Both the position numbers and the translations under genes were made by a program. 64,000 bases of DNA from positions 37,572,001 through 37,636,000 of the forward strand of contig NC_043008.1 in the NCBI RefSeq assembly GCF_006345805.1. Reading direction: 5' to 3'. Positions 1-15,111 of the stretch are shown here, one piece after another (the stretch's first letter is position 1; each line of letters starts with the position of its first letter). This DNA is from Octopus sinensis. Taxonomy: Eukaryota. A model generated the notes under the pieces. It saw nothing but the letters and a program-made list of their open reading frames with translations, was not told the DNA's origin and searched no databases.

Positions 1-155
1 CCCGTCACTTAGCGGTTCGGCAAAAAAAGGACCGATAGAATAAGTACTGGCTTACAAAGAATAAGTCTCGGGGTCGAGTTGCTTGATTAAAGGCGGTGCT
101 CCAGCATGGCCGCAGTCAAATGACTGAAACAAGTAAAATAGAAAAGAGAAAAGAG
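1..155 (+). mobile_element. SINE family S1, 3' part
   Basis: cttagcggttcggcaaaa...aaggcggtgctccagcatggccgcagtcaaatgactgaaacaagtaaaa matches the 3' end of the full copy at 1645-2024 and the reverse copies at 56841-57244 and 59437-59790. Confidence 0.9.
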
Positions 156-159
156 AATA

Positions 160-195
160 TGTATATATATGTGTGTGTGTGTGTGTATCTGTCTA

Positions 196-235
<40 letters not shown>

Positions 236-330
236 GTGTGTGTGGTGTATATATATATATATATACATACACATCAACACACATGTGCACACATATACAC
301 ATATATCGAATTGTGCACAGATCAGTCCGC
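160..330. repeat. (TG)n/(TA)n/(CA)n compound microsatellite
   Basis: Directly visible dinucleotide runs; they explain ORFs 87..418. Confidence 0.95.
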
Positions 331-596
331 ATATACATTTGGACAAATGGAGAAGGGAACAAGCCCTATGTTTATACATCTATCCAGACATATACACAGA
401 CAAAGACTATGTAGATGATGGAATTCCTGAAGTAATCTAGTGGCATATACCCCCATACTACTGATGACAGAGGGTAGTCAAATGGGCTTTAAATGGCATA
501 CTGTAAGGTGTATACCCAAATAGAAAATTATTATGTATATATATGTAATATTTTGGACTAATGGTTATATATCAATTAGTGTGCTGTTTGTTCTTA

Positions 597-639
597 ACAC
601 AACATTTTGGCTGATTTACCTCCAGCCTTCATCAGGTGT
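597..639 (-). ncRNA. Degenerate minimal type I hammerhead ribozyme
   Basis: Minus strand: ACAC-CTGATGA-A-GGCTG-gaggtaaat-CAGCC-AAAAT-GTT-GTGT. Stems I and II intact; G12>A and C15.2>T (both CpG-type changes), so probably inactive. Confidence 0.65.
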
Positions 640-719
640 CTTGGGGAAATTTCGAACCTGGGTTCTAATTCCTAAGGTATTTTTTTATGTTGTTATATTA
701 TTATTATTATTATTATTTA

Positions 720-797
720 TTCAGGTCACTGCCCAGAATCGAACTCAGAATCATGGGGTTAGTAGACCCATGCTCTTAGCCACTACGCCATATGCCT
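720..797 (-). promoter_or_regulatory. tRNA-derived head with Pol III A and B boxes
   Basis: Minus strand GGCATA-TGGCGTAGTGG (A box, 780-790)...GAGTTCGATTCT (B-box-like, 735-746), with tRNA-like spacing. Confidence 0.75.
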
Positions 798-882
798 GTG
801 GGGATATAATAATAATCATAATAATAATAATGATAATAATAATAATAATAACAACAACAACAACAACAATAACAATAACAAC

Positions 883-917
<35 letters not shown>

Positions 918-982
918 CAACAACAACAACAACATCGAAAATTACCTTAGGAATGAGAACCCAGGTTCAAAATTTCACCAAG

Positions 983-1026
983 ACACCTGATGAAGGCTGG
1001 AGGATATAGCAGCCAAAACGTTGTGT
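983..1026 (+). ncRNA. Degenerate minimal type I hammerhead ribozyme
   Basis: ACAC-CTGATGA-A-GGCTG-gaggatatag-CAGCC-AAAAC-GTT-GTGT. Stem I ACAC/GTGT, stem II GGCTG/CAGCC, palindromic AACGTT stem III; only G12 is mutated to A. Confidence 0.7.
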
Positions 1027-1644
1027 TAACAACAAACAAGATGAGAACAAATATCCGTCAAATGTAAATAATGTAAATAATGTACATAATTCCTCATCAC
1101 TTAAATATAAAAATATAGCACAGTTTGGGTCACCAGTTGTCATCTACAGTTGTAGTATATTTCCATTGAATCTACATCAGGAATTCTGCAGTGTTGGCTG
1201 AGATAATAATTGTTTAAGTAACTGGAAGATAGATTTAGTATTAGTCTTTATTTTGTGTGAAGATCATTTCGACCCACCCTACTACTGTCTCTTATGGGTG
1301 GGATTCTGTGCATCCATTTTGTAGCCTGGGCCACATCAGATACATTCATACATAAAGTAGTGTTTCATTAAAGATTTTGAGTTTAGGCTACCATGTTGCT
1401 ATTGCCTGCTCCAGTTAGGAAATGCAGCATTGCTGCAATAGTCATTATTATTAAATGTCCATAACAAAAATAGTGAATAATTGTAAATATAAACATATAC
1501 ACTGTAGATAAGAAAGAAAGAAAACAGACGGAAATTTTGTTACAAGGTTAAGTATATAGGAAAAAGACATAGGGAGGGACTAAATTACATTAAGTTTAAA
1601 ATGAGAGAAGGGTACTAGAAAAAGGAAGTAAAAATAAAGAAAAA

Positions 1645-2024
1645 GGAGTGGCTGTGTGATAAATAGCTTGCTTACCAACCACATGGTTCTGGGTTCAGTC
1701 CCACTGCATGGCACCTTGAGCAAGTAGCCTTGGGCCACCAAAGCCTTGTGAGTGGATTTGGTAGATGGTAACTGAAAGAAGCCCGTCGTATATATGTATG
1801 TGTATATGTTGGTGTATCTGTGTTTGTTACCCTAACATTGCTTGACAACCGATGCTGGTGTGTTTACGTCAGCTTAACTTAGCGGTTCGGCAAAAGAGAC
1901 CAATAGAATAAGTACTAGGCTTACAAAGAATAAGTCCTGGGGTCGATTTGCTCAACTAAAGGCGGTGCTCCAGCATGGCTGCATTCAAATGACTGAAACA
2001 AGTAAAAGAGTAAAGAGTAAAGAG
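1645..2024 (+). mobile_element. SINE family S1, near full length
   Basis: tRNA-like head (ggagtggctgtgtg...gggttcagtcccactgcatggcaccttg), body, and (AAAGAGT)n tail. Confidence 0.9.
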
Positions 2025-2167
2025 TATATGCAGGCAAAAGAGTCTGGAAGGGTGAGAAGGTTGGTATACTTGTTAACATAGGTTGGGATGTGTATTGGCA
2101 TACAGGTATACATTCACACACCTACATACCTGCACATACACCCACACAGAGACAAAGACACCCATAT

Positions 2168-2372
2168 TTCGGGCGAAATGCCTAGTGGTATTTCATCTGC
2201 CATTACATTCTGAGTTCAAATTCCGCCGAGGTCGACTTTGCCTTTCATCCTTTTGGGGGTTGATTAAATAAGTACCAGTTAATCACTGGGGTTCGATGTA
2301 ATCGACTTAATCCCCTTGTCTGTCCTTGTTTGTGCCTTCTATATTTAGTCCCCTGTGGGCAATAAAGAAATA
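2168..2372 (+). mobile_element. SINE family S2
   Basis: ctgagttcaaattccgccgaggtcgactttgcctttcatcc...aagtaccag core (resembles the Nin/Deu-type SINE core; inference) and ...gtgggcaataaagaaata tail; many copies in the window. Confidence 0.85.
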
Positions 2373-2619
2373 ATATAAGGAAAATTGCAGCAATGCCTCA
2401 TTCCCTAACAGAAGAGAGCAAATAACAACATGGCAACCCAAACTTAAGATCTCTAGCGAGACACCACTTTATGTATGAATGTACATGATGTGACCCAGAC
2501 TTCAAGATTGATGCAACAGAGTAGAACAGTATCCCACCTATAAAGGACAGTTGCAGGATGGTTTGAAATGGTTGTCATAAAAAATAATGACTATATTAAT
2601 CAATTATCATATATATATA

Positions 2620-3150
2620 TCTTATATAAAATCCATTCTGTCTGTGTGTGTCTTCTCGGATCTCAGGCATCCTCTATCTGATTGTGCTCAAATTTGATAT
2701 GTAGATACTGACGGTATCAGGGCGTGTATAAGTCTTGAAAAATTACAGAAATCGATTCCAGGTGAGAATGCGATCGATAAAAACCGTTTTTGTCTTGCTT
2801 TTCTTCTGTCAACCTGTACGTAACTGCATCTTCCATTTTTTGTTGTTTTTGTACTGCTTCTTTCCTGCCAAGCTTACTGTTTAAACAATTCTTGTGTTCT
2901 CCAAGCCAACGACCTTATTACTGGTACTTTAAACTCTTCGGTTGCATATTTGTGTGAATAAAATTGTTTTTCTTTGGAATAGAAAAAAGTCTATCTTTAT
3001 TTCTTCTTTTGCTCGTGTCTCAAATTTAGGTTTAATCAGTGTTTCTCAAAGGGGATGCCTATGGGACAGTCGTTCAAGTTGTTTTGAGAAAATTTGGTTT
3101 AAATGTTTGACAACTCACCACCGTCCATTGGATGGGGGGCATTTTGCTCG
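2620..3150 (+). mobile_element. Non-autonomous Helitron family A
   Basis: A|TC 5' end (TCTTATATAAAATCC), 3' hairpin CCGTCC-att-GGATGG then CTCG|T, no TSD. Homologous along its length to 23754-24214. Confidence 0.75.
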
Positions 3151-3169
3151 TATATTTATATATATCATT

Positions 3170-3400
3170 TTCATCATGATCGTCATTCAGCATCCATTGT
3201 CCATGCTAGCATGAGTAGGATGGTTTGACCAGAGTTGGCAAGCTGAGGTCTGCACTAAACTCCAGTCAGATTTAGCATGGTTTTTGCAGCAACCACCCCA
3301 CAGAATGTGCTGAGCACTCTTATGTGGAACTGCACAGGCAATTTTGTGTGGCACCACATGGGCACTTTTAATGGCACCTCCACCAGTACTTTTCATATGG
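3170..3400 (-). mobile_element. RTE LINE 3' UTR fragment
   Basis: (CAT)n followed by ccatgctagcatg.gt.gga.gg..., the antisense of the (GAT)n-tailed end attached to the RTE ORF at 26510-27551. Confidence 0.7.
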
Positions 3401-3554
3401 AACCAGCCCAGGACTCCTGCAAGTCATTCCTCTCCATTGGGAGGACTGGATACTCTACTTCTGCTGTAGAGTATGGGTCTTCTTGTGTACAACAATATAT
3501 ATGTATGTATATATATATATATATATGTACATATATTTCTGATATATACTGGTG

Positions 3555-3757
3555 TTATGTAACTGGCACCCATGCCAGTGGCACATAAAAAGCACCCACT
3601 AAATTCTTGGAGCAGTTAGCATTAAGAAGAACGTCCAGCTGTAGAAACCTTACCAAATCAGACTGGAACCCGGTGCAGTTCCCCAGCTGACCAATTTTCA
3701 GTCAAACCGTCCAACCCATGCCAGCATGGAAAATGGAGATTAAATGATGATGATGAG
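3555..3757 (+). mobile_element. RTE LINE 3' UTR fragment
   Basis: ...aaaccgtccaacccatgccagcatggaaaatggagattaaa(tga)n. Confidence 0.85.
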
Positions 3758-4434
3758 GAGGAGAATGAGGAGGAAGATATATTATATATAAATATATTTA
3801 TGTATAAGCCAAAATCATCTTAAGCAATCACCTTCTCCTCTATTCATTTTATTGGTTATGTTGCAAAAACTCTTTCATCGTGCAGAAAACTAAGCTACCT
3901 CACCAGTGTAGGTGCAGTAGTAAAATGCACTCAGTGCATCCTTAAAACAATTAGTGCATGATAAGAAACAATGTACGATTAAGAGGTGCTTTAGTCTTGT
4001 CTTGCTGAGAACATGACAACTCTGCTAGTGCTGGTGCCACAATAATATGCACTTAATTCACTTTGTGAAGTTGTTGGTGTAAAGAAGAATATAAAGCTAT
4101 AGAAAAGAAGCCAAAGATAGAACATACAAATGAAATGTAGCTGTCTGATGTATCTAAAAGATCAGCCATTCTGAAGAAAGACACAAACTTTACATGCCAG
4201 CATGTAAAACAGATGCATAAATATAACAAGTATAATTGGTTACATTTTGTTGAAGTTGATGGGTCAATGCATTGCTTCATGAGTTTCTTGCTTTTCTGCT
4301 CTCATTCACAACGTTGCAAAACGTACAAAACTGAGTGTAGCAATAGAGTTAAGTCATTAATTTGAATTAATTATATAAGCTCTCTAGTTCAAATATTGTC
4401 ATTTTTCTTCTCACATTTCTGCACTGAAATGCAT

Positions 4435-7320
<2,886 letters not shown>

Positions 7321-7964
7321 TATATATGACTGTATGCAATGCATCTTTGTGTGTGTGAATGCATACACCCACGACTAACAAAGATTATGTTGACAATCAG
7401 TGCATTGGGTCTTCATATGAATAAAAGGTACAGTTGATATTTCCGAAAGACGAAAGTTCCGGTCTTTCAAATCTCAGGCATTAAACCTGAGTTGCCACAG
7501 TGATTGTAGCAGTAATGCTTTTAAATTAGTTTCTCCATGCTGGGATGGGCTAATGTTAACAGCTATGAAACCTGTCATCGTGTGTTCCTCTTTCCTACTG
7601 TATTCTTTGAGATCTTCATCTTAAGTTCGGCATTGTGTTTCCTTCTTTGAAAAATCTCTCTCATTTTACCCCACAGCCATCATTATTCTCTTCGTACATA
7701 TATATCACCTATCATCTCTGCTGGAACTATTTTTTGCTTTGTTACTTTTTGTTATGTGTTTCTTTCTTCCGTTCTGTTTTTTTTTGTTTTTTTTTTGGAA
7801 AGTGTTTTGTTTTGTTTTCTTTGAATGCTTTTGATGTACAAGAATTTGTCTTTGTTCATTCCTAGGTATTCTATCATCTCAACTCGCATTGCCACACATC
7901 CTTTGTAATTATTCACACCTGAACTATAAGTAAATGTTAGAGATACAATACATCACTGCTGCTG

Positions 7965-7979
7965 TTGCTACTACTACTG

Positions 7980-8023
<44 letters not shown>

Positions 8024-8042
8024 GTTGCTGCAGCTGCTACAG
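7965..8042. repeat. (CTA)n/(GCT) microsatellite
   Basis: Directly visible. Confidence 0.95.
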
Positions 8043-8504
8043 CATTCTGTGCATTAGACAACAGCTGGCATCACTTACTTAACTTTTTGACTTAAATTCA
8101 AAGAATTCTGAAATAAAACAATCCAACAATCAAGCTCACAAAAGAATTCCAGTCGAACAATGGTAAAAATGAAACAAAAGAAGTCCACCAGAGGAAAGTG
8201 GAAAAAAAAAAACTCAAAGAACAAAGAATAAAACAAAACCAGATAAACAAAAATGAAAAAAATTAAAATATTGCCAAGGTACAATTCAGTTTTTAGTTGT
8301 TTTCCTCCTTTTATTTTCAAAAATGATATTTATTTATATTTTTGTTGTAGTTGTTGTTGTTGTCATTCTTGGCATTGATATTTCAGATTCTTTTATTGGA
8401 ACAAGTACATAGATAAATATTGAAAAGTCTTGATTTCTCTTGGCACACTTCTGTCAAGAGAAGGAAGAAGAAAGAAAAAAAACATGGTAAAATAAACATA
8501 AAAT

Positions 8505-9442
8505 AACAATAATAATGGTTTCAAATTTTGTAATGGGGGAGGGGATAAATCAGTTACATCGATCCCAGTACTCAACTGGTACCTATTTTATCAATCCTGA
8601 AGGGATAAAATGTTAAGTCATCCTTGGCAGAATTTTTTGAACTCAGAATGAGAAGACAAATGAGATGCTACTAAACATTTTATCCAACACAGTACCGATT
8701 CTGTTAGCTTGCCACATTGATAATAATAATTATAAAGATTTCAAATTTTGGCACAAGGCCAGCAAGTTTATGGGTGGAAGGAGATTACTTGATTACATAA
8801 ACCCCAGTGTACATCTAGAACTCAATTTATCAAACCTTAAAGGATGAAAGGCAAAATCGACCTCAGCAGATGGTTTCAAATTCCAGTCTTCAAATGGTAT
8901 TTATTCTATTGACCATGAAGGCAAAATCGACCTCAGCAGAATTTGAACTCAGAAACACCACTAAGCATTTTCCCCACCACAGTAACGATTCTACCAGTGT
9001 GCCACCTGCAATAATAATGATAATGGCTTAGACTTTTTAGAACAAGACCAGCAATTTCAAGGCGAGCTTAAGTTGGTTACATTGATTCCAGTCTTCAAAT
9101 GGCATTTATTTCATTGACCATGAAGGCAAAATCGACCTCAGCAGAATTTGAACTCAAAACATAAACATGTATGAAATGCAGCTAAACATTTTGCCCACTC
9201 TGCTGATGATTCTGCCAGCTTGCCACCTTTTCTAAAATTTTGGCACAAGGCCTGCAACTTTGAGTGGAGGAGATAAGTTGATTACATCAACTCCAGTTCT
9301 CAAGCAGTACTTATTTTATTGATCCTGAAAAGATGAATTGCAGATGTTGATCTTGCCAGATTTTGAACCCAGAATATAAAGACGGATGAAATATCACTAA
9401 GCAGCTTTCTCAGTGTGGTAACAATTCTGCCAGCTCGTCTCC

Positions 9443-9445
<3 letters not shown>
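8505..9445 (-). mobile_element. Tandem cluster of about four degenerate S2 SINEs
   Basis: Repeated tttcaaattttggcacaagg...ccagt...ggtacttatttt...gaaaggcaaa.tcgacctc.gcagaatttgaactcag units, followed by (AAT)n 9445-9635. Confidence 0.8.
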
Positions 9446-9487
<42 letters not shown>

Positions 9488-9563
9488 TTGATAATGATAA
9501 TAATAATAATAATGATAATAATTATAATGATAAGTATACTGAATAATAGTAATAATGATACTG

Positions 9564-9633
<70 letters not shown>

Positions 9634-10531
9634 AATAAATGCCCTGATGAAGTACCAAACAGTGGCTCTCATGGCTTCTGATCTTAACTGATTGGAAGTG
9701 CTATCATACACAATAGTGTAAGCAATAAAAAAACAATAATAATAATTCAAAATTAAAAAAACCAAGGAAATTGTTGGATATCAAATTACTTTTAGGATGT
9801 CAATACTATTTGCCTGAAATATGAGCCAGAAATGGCTTAAGGTTGATGATTTAAAATAGTGGGCCTAGTTCTATAATTAATGCCACATTGACCAAATTCC
9901 TTCAAATTTTAACTTTTTCTTTGGCAGTTGAGGAAGGTAGCTTGGTGATGCAGTTCTTTAATCAATCGATCAATTGATAATATTGAATCACGAAGACACC
10001 CAAATGCATATCGGAAACTCTTGTAAGGCTATAATAAATGAATAAATGAATATAATCCATTATTTCTGTCTAATTTATGAATCACTCTATAAAAGCATAC
10101 CGTCTTAACTGAGGATTGGAACCATGGCTTTACAAATTTGACTGGTGGTGGACTTTGATTAGAATCACTTGGAGTACAAGACCAGTCAGAAGACATTTTT
10201 GCTAGATTGGTGTATTTTTATCCACAGAACACTTAAGAAGTATTTCACTTGAATTACTAATCTATTATTAATCGTTCTTTGTTTTGATAGATATGTATCT
10301 GTTACTTGCTTCATTCACTGGAATGTGCCATTTGGTAACACCAGCTTGAATGGCTTTAGTCAAACAAATTGACCTTTGTATTTATTTTTAAGTCTGGTAC
10401 TTATTTTATCAGTTTCTTTAGCCAAACTGCTAAGTTACAGGGAAATAAATATATCAAGTGGTGGGGGTGGAACAAACACAAATACAAAGACACACATACA
10501 CACACATGACAGGTATCCACACAGTTTCTTA

Positions 10532-10762
10532 TTTCTTTATTGCCCACAAGGGGCTAAACATAGAGGGGACAAACAAGGACAGACAAAGGGATCAAGTCAA
10601 TTACATCAACCCCAGTGTGTAACTGGTACTTAATTTATTGGCTCCGAAAGGATGAAATGCAAAGTTGACCTTGGCAGAATTTGAACTCAGAACGTAACGG
10701 CAGACGAAATGCTGTTAGGCATTTCACCCGGCATGCTAACGTTTCTGTCAACCAAAGTCACT
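10532..10762 (-). mobile_element. SINE family S2
   Basis: tttctttattgcccacaagggg...aatttgaactcagaacgtaacggcagacgaaat; an S1 fragment lies at 10345-10460 and another S2 (+) at 10872-11008. Confidence 0.85.
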
Positions 10763-13033
10763 TTCCTAAAGTGCTGCACCATGGAACTGAACTCAAGATC
10801 TCAAGATGGCAAAACAAGCTTCTTAACCACACAGTCAATATGTATTATATTATATTATTTAAATATATAGTCAAATTCTGCTGTGATCGACTTTGACTTT
10901 CATTCTTCTGGTCTCAAGGAAATAAGTACCAGTTGAGCACTGGAGTCAATTTGATTGATTTGGCCCCTCCCCAAAAATTGCTCGCCTTGTGGCAGAATTT
11001 GAAACCTTTAATTAAATAATATCATCTAAATTACATGACACACAACCTGTGTTTAGAATTCCATGTGCATTCATATAAACCAAAAGAGAAAACTACAAAG
11101 AGAACTCACATTATAATCCAAGCTTGCTCTCACTGGTCTCCGTAGTTTGAAAGATCACAGATGTCTTTTATAGATCCTTAAAAGTTTATTTTTGTGTGTT
11201 ACTCCATCACTAAAGATTTGATAATGCAATCTGCTTATAAGGTTTTTTTCCTTATAAATAAATAGCTATTATCGTTAATGAAAGACATGTAAAATGATGT
11301 AACTAACTCATAAATAAACTCTTGTCCTTTTATACGTGTGTATGTATATATATCTGTGTGTGTGGGGGGGTCTGTGTGCGGGTCTGTGTGTGTGGCCATG
11401 TTTGGGCTTCTTTAAAAATCACTGTCGTTCTTATCCTCCCTGTCAATGCGTCAAATACTGGCTTTGTGCTTTTGGAGATGTTTGGGAAAATAGATCCTTT
11501 ACTTAAAACAGAGGCAAGGATTAGTGACCATAAGTGCCTTTATGGTCATAAACATGAAGCTTTGATAATATATTCATCAAATTCATGCTAGCCAGGTAAA
11601 GTGGATGTAAAAGGAATGAGTGAAGAAATAAATGGAAGTTTGCTTGGATTTTGTATTTACTAAGAAAAATATGCAAATAGTTTAACTCAAAAAGAATAAA
11701 ATTATATAAAAAAAAAAAAACTTGGATGTTTTACAAATTTAAAGGAAATATTTTCCAGAAGTAAAATCATCTCATCAAAGAGTTAGCTGCTTTGTTCCTC
11801 AGAGGAACATAGCATAGCTAAGTAGATACATATGTAATTCCTTGTAGAAAGGGCCATAATCTCAGTCAGAGGACTTCTCTACTCCTTGTGCAATGATTAA
11901 TGTATCTGCTTTACATTGTTGAATGGTTGATGAAAGAAAAATTGATTTTATCTTACAACACATTTATATACTTCTAGATTTGGGAAATGACTTTACTGTA
12001 AAATTGTTATATAAGCTTCTTGATATAACTCTCCGGAAATTAAAGGTTTGCTCTTTAAGACCATTTTGAAAATGGGCTGTTATCTTCAGAAGCAAAGAGT
12101 GGTTTATTTTTCTTTGATGTATCAATTATTTATCCTAGACAAGATATCAGACAGTAATCAGTAGTGAGACTTCTCTTTCACAAACCTACAGCCTGTGTTT
12201 GCAGTACCAGTCAAGGGCTCTAATTATTATGGGTCAAATAACAAAATATGTTCCTGTGGCCAAGGCATATAGGACTTGAAAGAGAACGGACTCCCTAGAC
12301 ATGTGTCATGCAGGCCAAATGATGAGTGGATCATGCTATACTATGATGTGAACACCAGTCTCTCTGTCTAAGAGTTAAATAAACCCTGTGTCCCAAGGGT
12401 TGCTTGGAAAAGCAGGAAACAAGCAGAGCAAACTGTAAATAAACTACCAGTAGGCAATGAAACTCTCAGACTTTGGCATGGAGATCCTTATTGCTAATGC
12501 CTGTTGGCAAGACATATGAAGAGAGAGAGAGAGAGAGAGAGAGCATCAATTATATTGACTTCTCATGCTGATACACATACACACACACTCAGAACACATA
12601 CAGACATAAACACATATACACATACATATAGATACATGTATAAATCTGGTTAAGTACTGTATAATTTCCATCTATAAAATTTCACTTCTTAGCCTTTCAT
12701 AGACTTGGGAATCTGGCAGAAGGATTTGTCCAAATAAAACAACTCATAATTGCACAGAATTGAAAAAAAAGTAAAATGAAAAACAATAATTAAAGCAAGA
12801 TATAAGATATAATTAAAAGGAATTAAACATAGTAAATTACAGACGATGTTGTATCAGGGTCTCCTGGACCTTCAGTTAGCAATTTCTCATTTTATGTATG
12901 AGTGTAGCCAAATGCACCAGAAAGCATTTTAGTGTTGGGAACTCCAACATCTTTGGTGTATTCCCTTTTATGTTGTACTGTATCAGTTTTAGTTTTACTA
13001 AAAGGCTATCTTTTGCATGTTGTTTATATTCAG

Positions 13034-13071
13034 AATATAACTGTTCAGCTGACGTTCATTTTATGCTTAAG
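13034..13071 (+). other. Candidate 38-nt micro-exon
   Basis: Acceptor ttttgcatgttgtttatattcag and consensus donor AAG|gtaagt in non-repetitive DNA; open as NITVQLTFILCL. Splice-signal inference only. Confidence 0.3.
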
Positions 13072-13421
13072 GTAAGTTTGCTTTAACACAACTACTGCAT
13101 GAATGAATTATAGTGTTTGATCTCTGTAATAACAGTTAATGTTGCGATTGTTACTACTACTGCTGCCTTCAGAACTACCCATTTGAGTGTCTGGAAGAAT
13201 TTTTCCCCATTAATTGTTTACTAAATTGTTCAGTATCCCGTTTTTGTACATTTATTTATGTATTTTGGTTTTACATTTATAGTTTTATTTTAGTTTTCCC
13301 TGATATGGCAAAGCTCTCGTAGAATAACTATGGTAGCAATTTTGGATGTGAAACTGTAATCCCTCTCTCTCTCTCTCTCTTTGGGAGAGGCACAAGCACC
13401 TACACGCACATATGCACACAC

Positions 13422-13570
13422 GGCAGTTACTTCCACCTACCGAATTCAATCACAAAGCTCCGGTCAGCTCGGGGCTATAGTGGAAGACACTTACCCAAAG
13501 GGCCACGCAGTGGGACTGAACCCGAAACCATGTAGCTAGAAAGCAAGCTCCCTAACCACACAGCCATGCC
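13422..13570 (-). mobile_element. SINE family S1, 5' part
   Basis: ...gccacgcagtgggactgaacccgaaaccatgt...aaccacacagccatgcc is the reverse of the S1 head. Confidence 0.85.
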
Positions 13571-13775
13571 CGTATATAAATAAGGTTTTTCAAGGTTTGT
13601 AAAGCAAACAACTTTTTGTTGCTGTTGTCTACCCCTGGGTAGTGAGGGCAGGCTTTCCTTAGTTAATTGAGTTCTTTCTCACAAGTACTTCAAAGAAAAT
13701 TTCATTTGATAATACTTGAATAAATTCTAACTAAAAAAAAAGAAGAAAAGTGTTGTCTTGACACTACAACAGTCA

Positions 13776-13843
<68 letters not shown>
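13776..13843. repeat. Perfect 68-bp AT-only palindrome (AAT)11-AT-(ATT)11
   Basis: Counted directly: AAT x11 (13776-13808), AT, ATT x11 (13811-13843). Confidence 0.95.
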
Positions 13844-13845
<2 letters not shown>

Positions 13846-14124
13846 TGATTATGATGATGACGATGATGATGATAATGATGATGATGGTTACCCCTCTCTT
13901 AACTCTAATAACAAACTTTTGCTAACTATTGGACTTATTCCACACTTTGTATTTTCTTTGCATAGCAGTTCCACTTTAGATTTCCTAATTTCTGGCTGTA
14001 TTGTTGGTACTTCTTAGAGATTCTTGGTTTTGCAACCATTGCATTGTGTAGTACATAGCCGTGTATTTGGTTCCAGTACACCAGTATATCATGCTGCCAT
14101 CTATAACAAAAAACGACTAATGCA

Positions 14125-14277
14125 GAATATATATATATATGAATGTATGTTTATATATATGCATACATACACACACACATATATATATGTATGTATATAT
14201 ATATATATATACATACATATATGTAGACATATATATGTATATATATATATATACACACATATGCATATATATGTGTG

Positions 14278-14327
<50 letters not shown>

Positions 14328-14440
14328 CACACACATAAACACATATCTACATTTATATATGTGCATGTGTTTGTACATGCACACACATACACAGACATAC
14401 ACACACACACAAATGTATATATATATATATATATATATAA
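14125..14440. repeat. TA/CA compound microsatellite
   Basis: Directly visible. Confidence 0.95.
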
Positions 14441-15111
14441 ACACTGTATGTATTCAGGAATTTTTCTGTATTGAGGAAAATTTTGATTACAAAGTAACAC
14501 AGGAAACTTTCAGCTGATTTCTCTCCAACTCTTGTACGTTGCCTCATGACCATTCTACCTTTGTAATTCAAACCATGGCAGCACTGACTACAAATATTTT
14601 GACTTGCTGCAACATTTCAATACTTTATTTCTCCCTCCAAATCTGAGATTGTTGGAAGTCATTGTAACTGTTTATTGATCATATACAATAATAATATAAC
14701 TGCATAACAACTATAACAAACAAGTATGTACAATCTGGGAGCTTCTGGAAAATTCCAAAAACAATTTGTGTTTTGTTTTTTTTTTACTTATTTTTCTTTA
14801 TTTTTATTGTCAATGTTAAAAGCTGGTGATGACTGAATTGTTAAGGTGTCTAGATATCAGATTAGTTAAAAAGAAAAAGTTTCCTTGTACATATTGTCTC
14901 AGACGAAACATGAAATATTATTTATGAGACACTTATCTCTTAATGGAGCTTTGTCCCTCAAAACCCTAAATAAATGCCACATGGTTGAGACAATTAACTA
15001 CATAATGATCAGTGTTCCAAGCTGAATATTTTATTTAAATTGTAAAAGAAAAAAATAACAGAGAAGGAAAACGATGTCTACCTACTACAATAGTCAAGTA
15101 GAATAATAATA

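Larger units (their letters stand above)
585..1095. mobile_element. Inverted (fold-back) Penelope-like non-autonomous element with a hammerhead remnant in each arm
   Basis: Arm 585-686 is the reverse complement of arm 938-1038 (aacacaac...cagccttcatcaggtgtcttgg...gaacctgggttct.attcctaaggta). Spacer holds (TTA)n, a tRNA-like head, and (AAT)n/(AAC)n. Penelope assignment is inferred from the hammerhead and the inverted terminal structure. Confidence 0.7.
1215..2605. repeat. Diverged inverted repeat pair (1215-1440 vs 2372-2605)
   Basis: Reverse complement of 1290-1440 (tattgcagcaatg...cactactttatgtatgaatgta...atcccacc.ata) aligns with 2372-2600; two SINEs lie between the arms. Confidence 0.75.

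Noticed and set aside
455-520. CTGATGA near 463 in unique sequence
   Set aside because: No downstream GAAA or paired stems.
720-797. Possible genuine tRNA gene
   Set aside because: The acceptor stem and cloverleaf do not close, and it is embedded in a repeat; treated as a SINE-type head. The same applies to the S1 and S3 heads.
4100-4340. Plus-strand KYNWLHFVEVDGSMHCFMS resembles a TTF-type zinc finger of hAT transposases
   Set aside because: Only a short motif; the second Cys is absent, the upstream F..W is missing, and no further transposase sequence follows.
9636-9720. CTGATGA core after (AAT)n
   Set aside because: No stem II and no GAAA at hammerhead spacing.
12845-12900. Minus-strand peptide EKLLTEGPGDPDTTSS next to a GT donor
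   Set aside because: In-frame stop immediately upstream and no acceptor in between.
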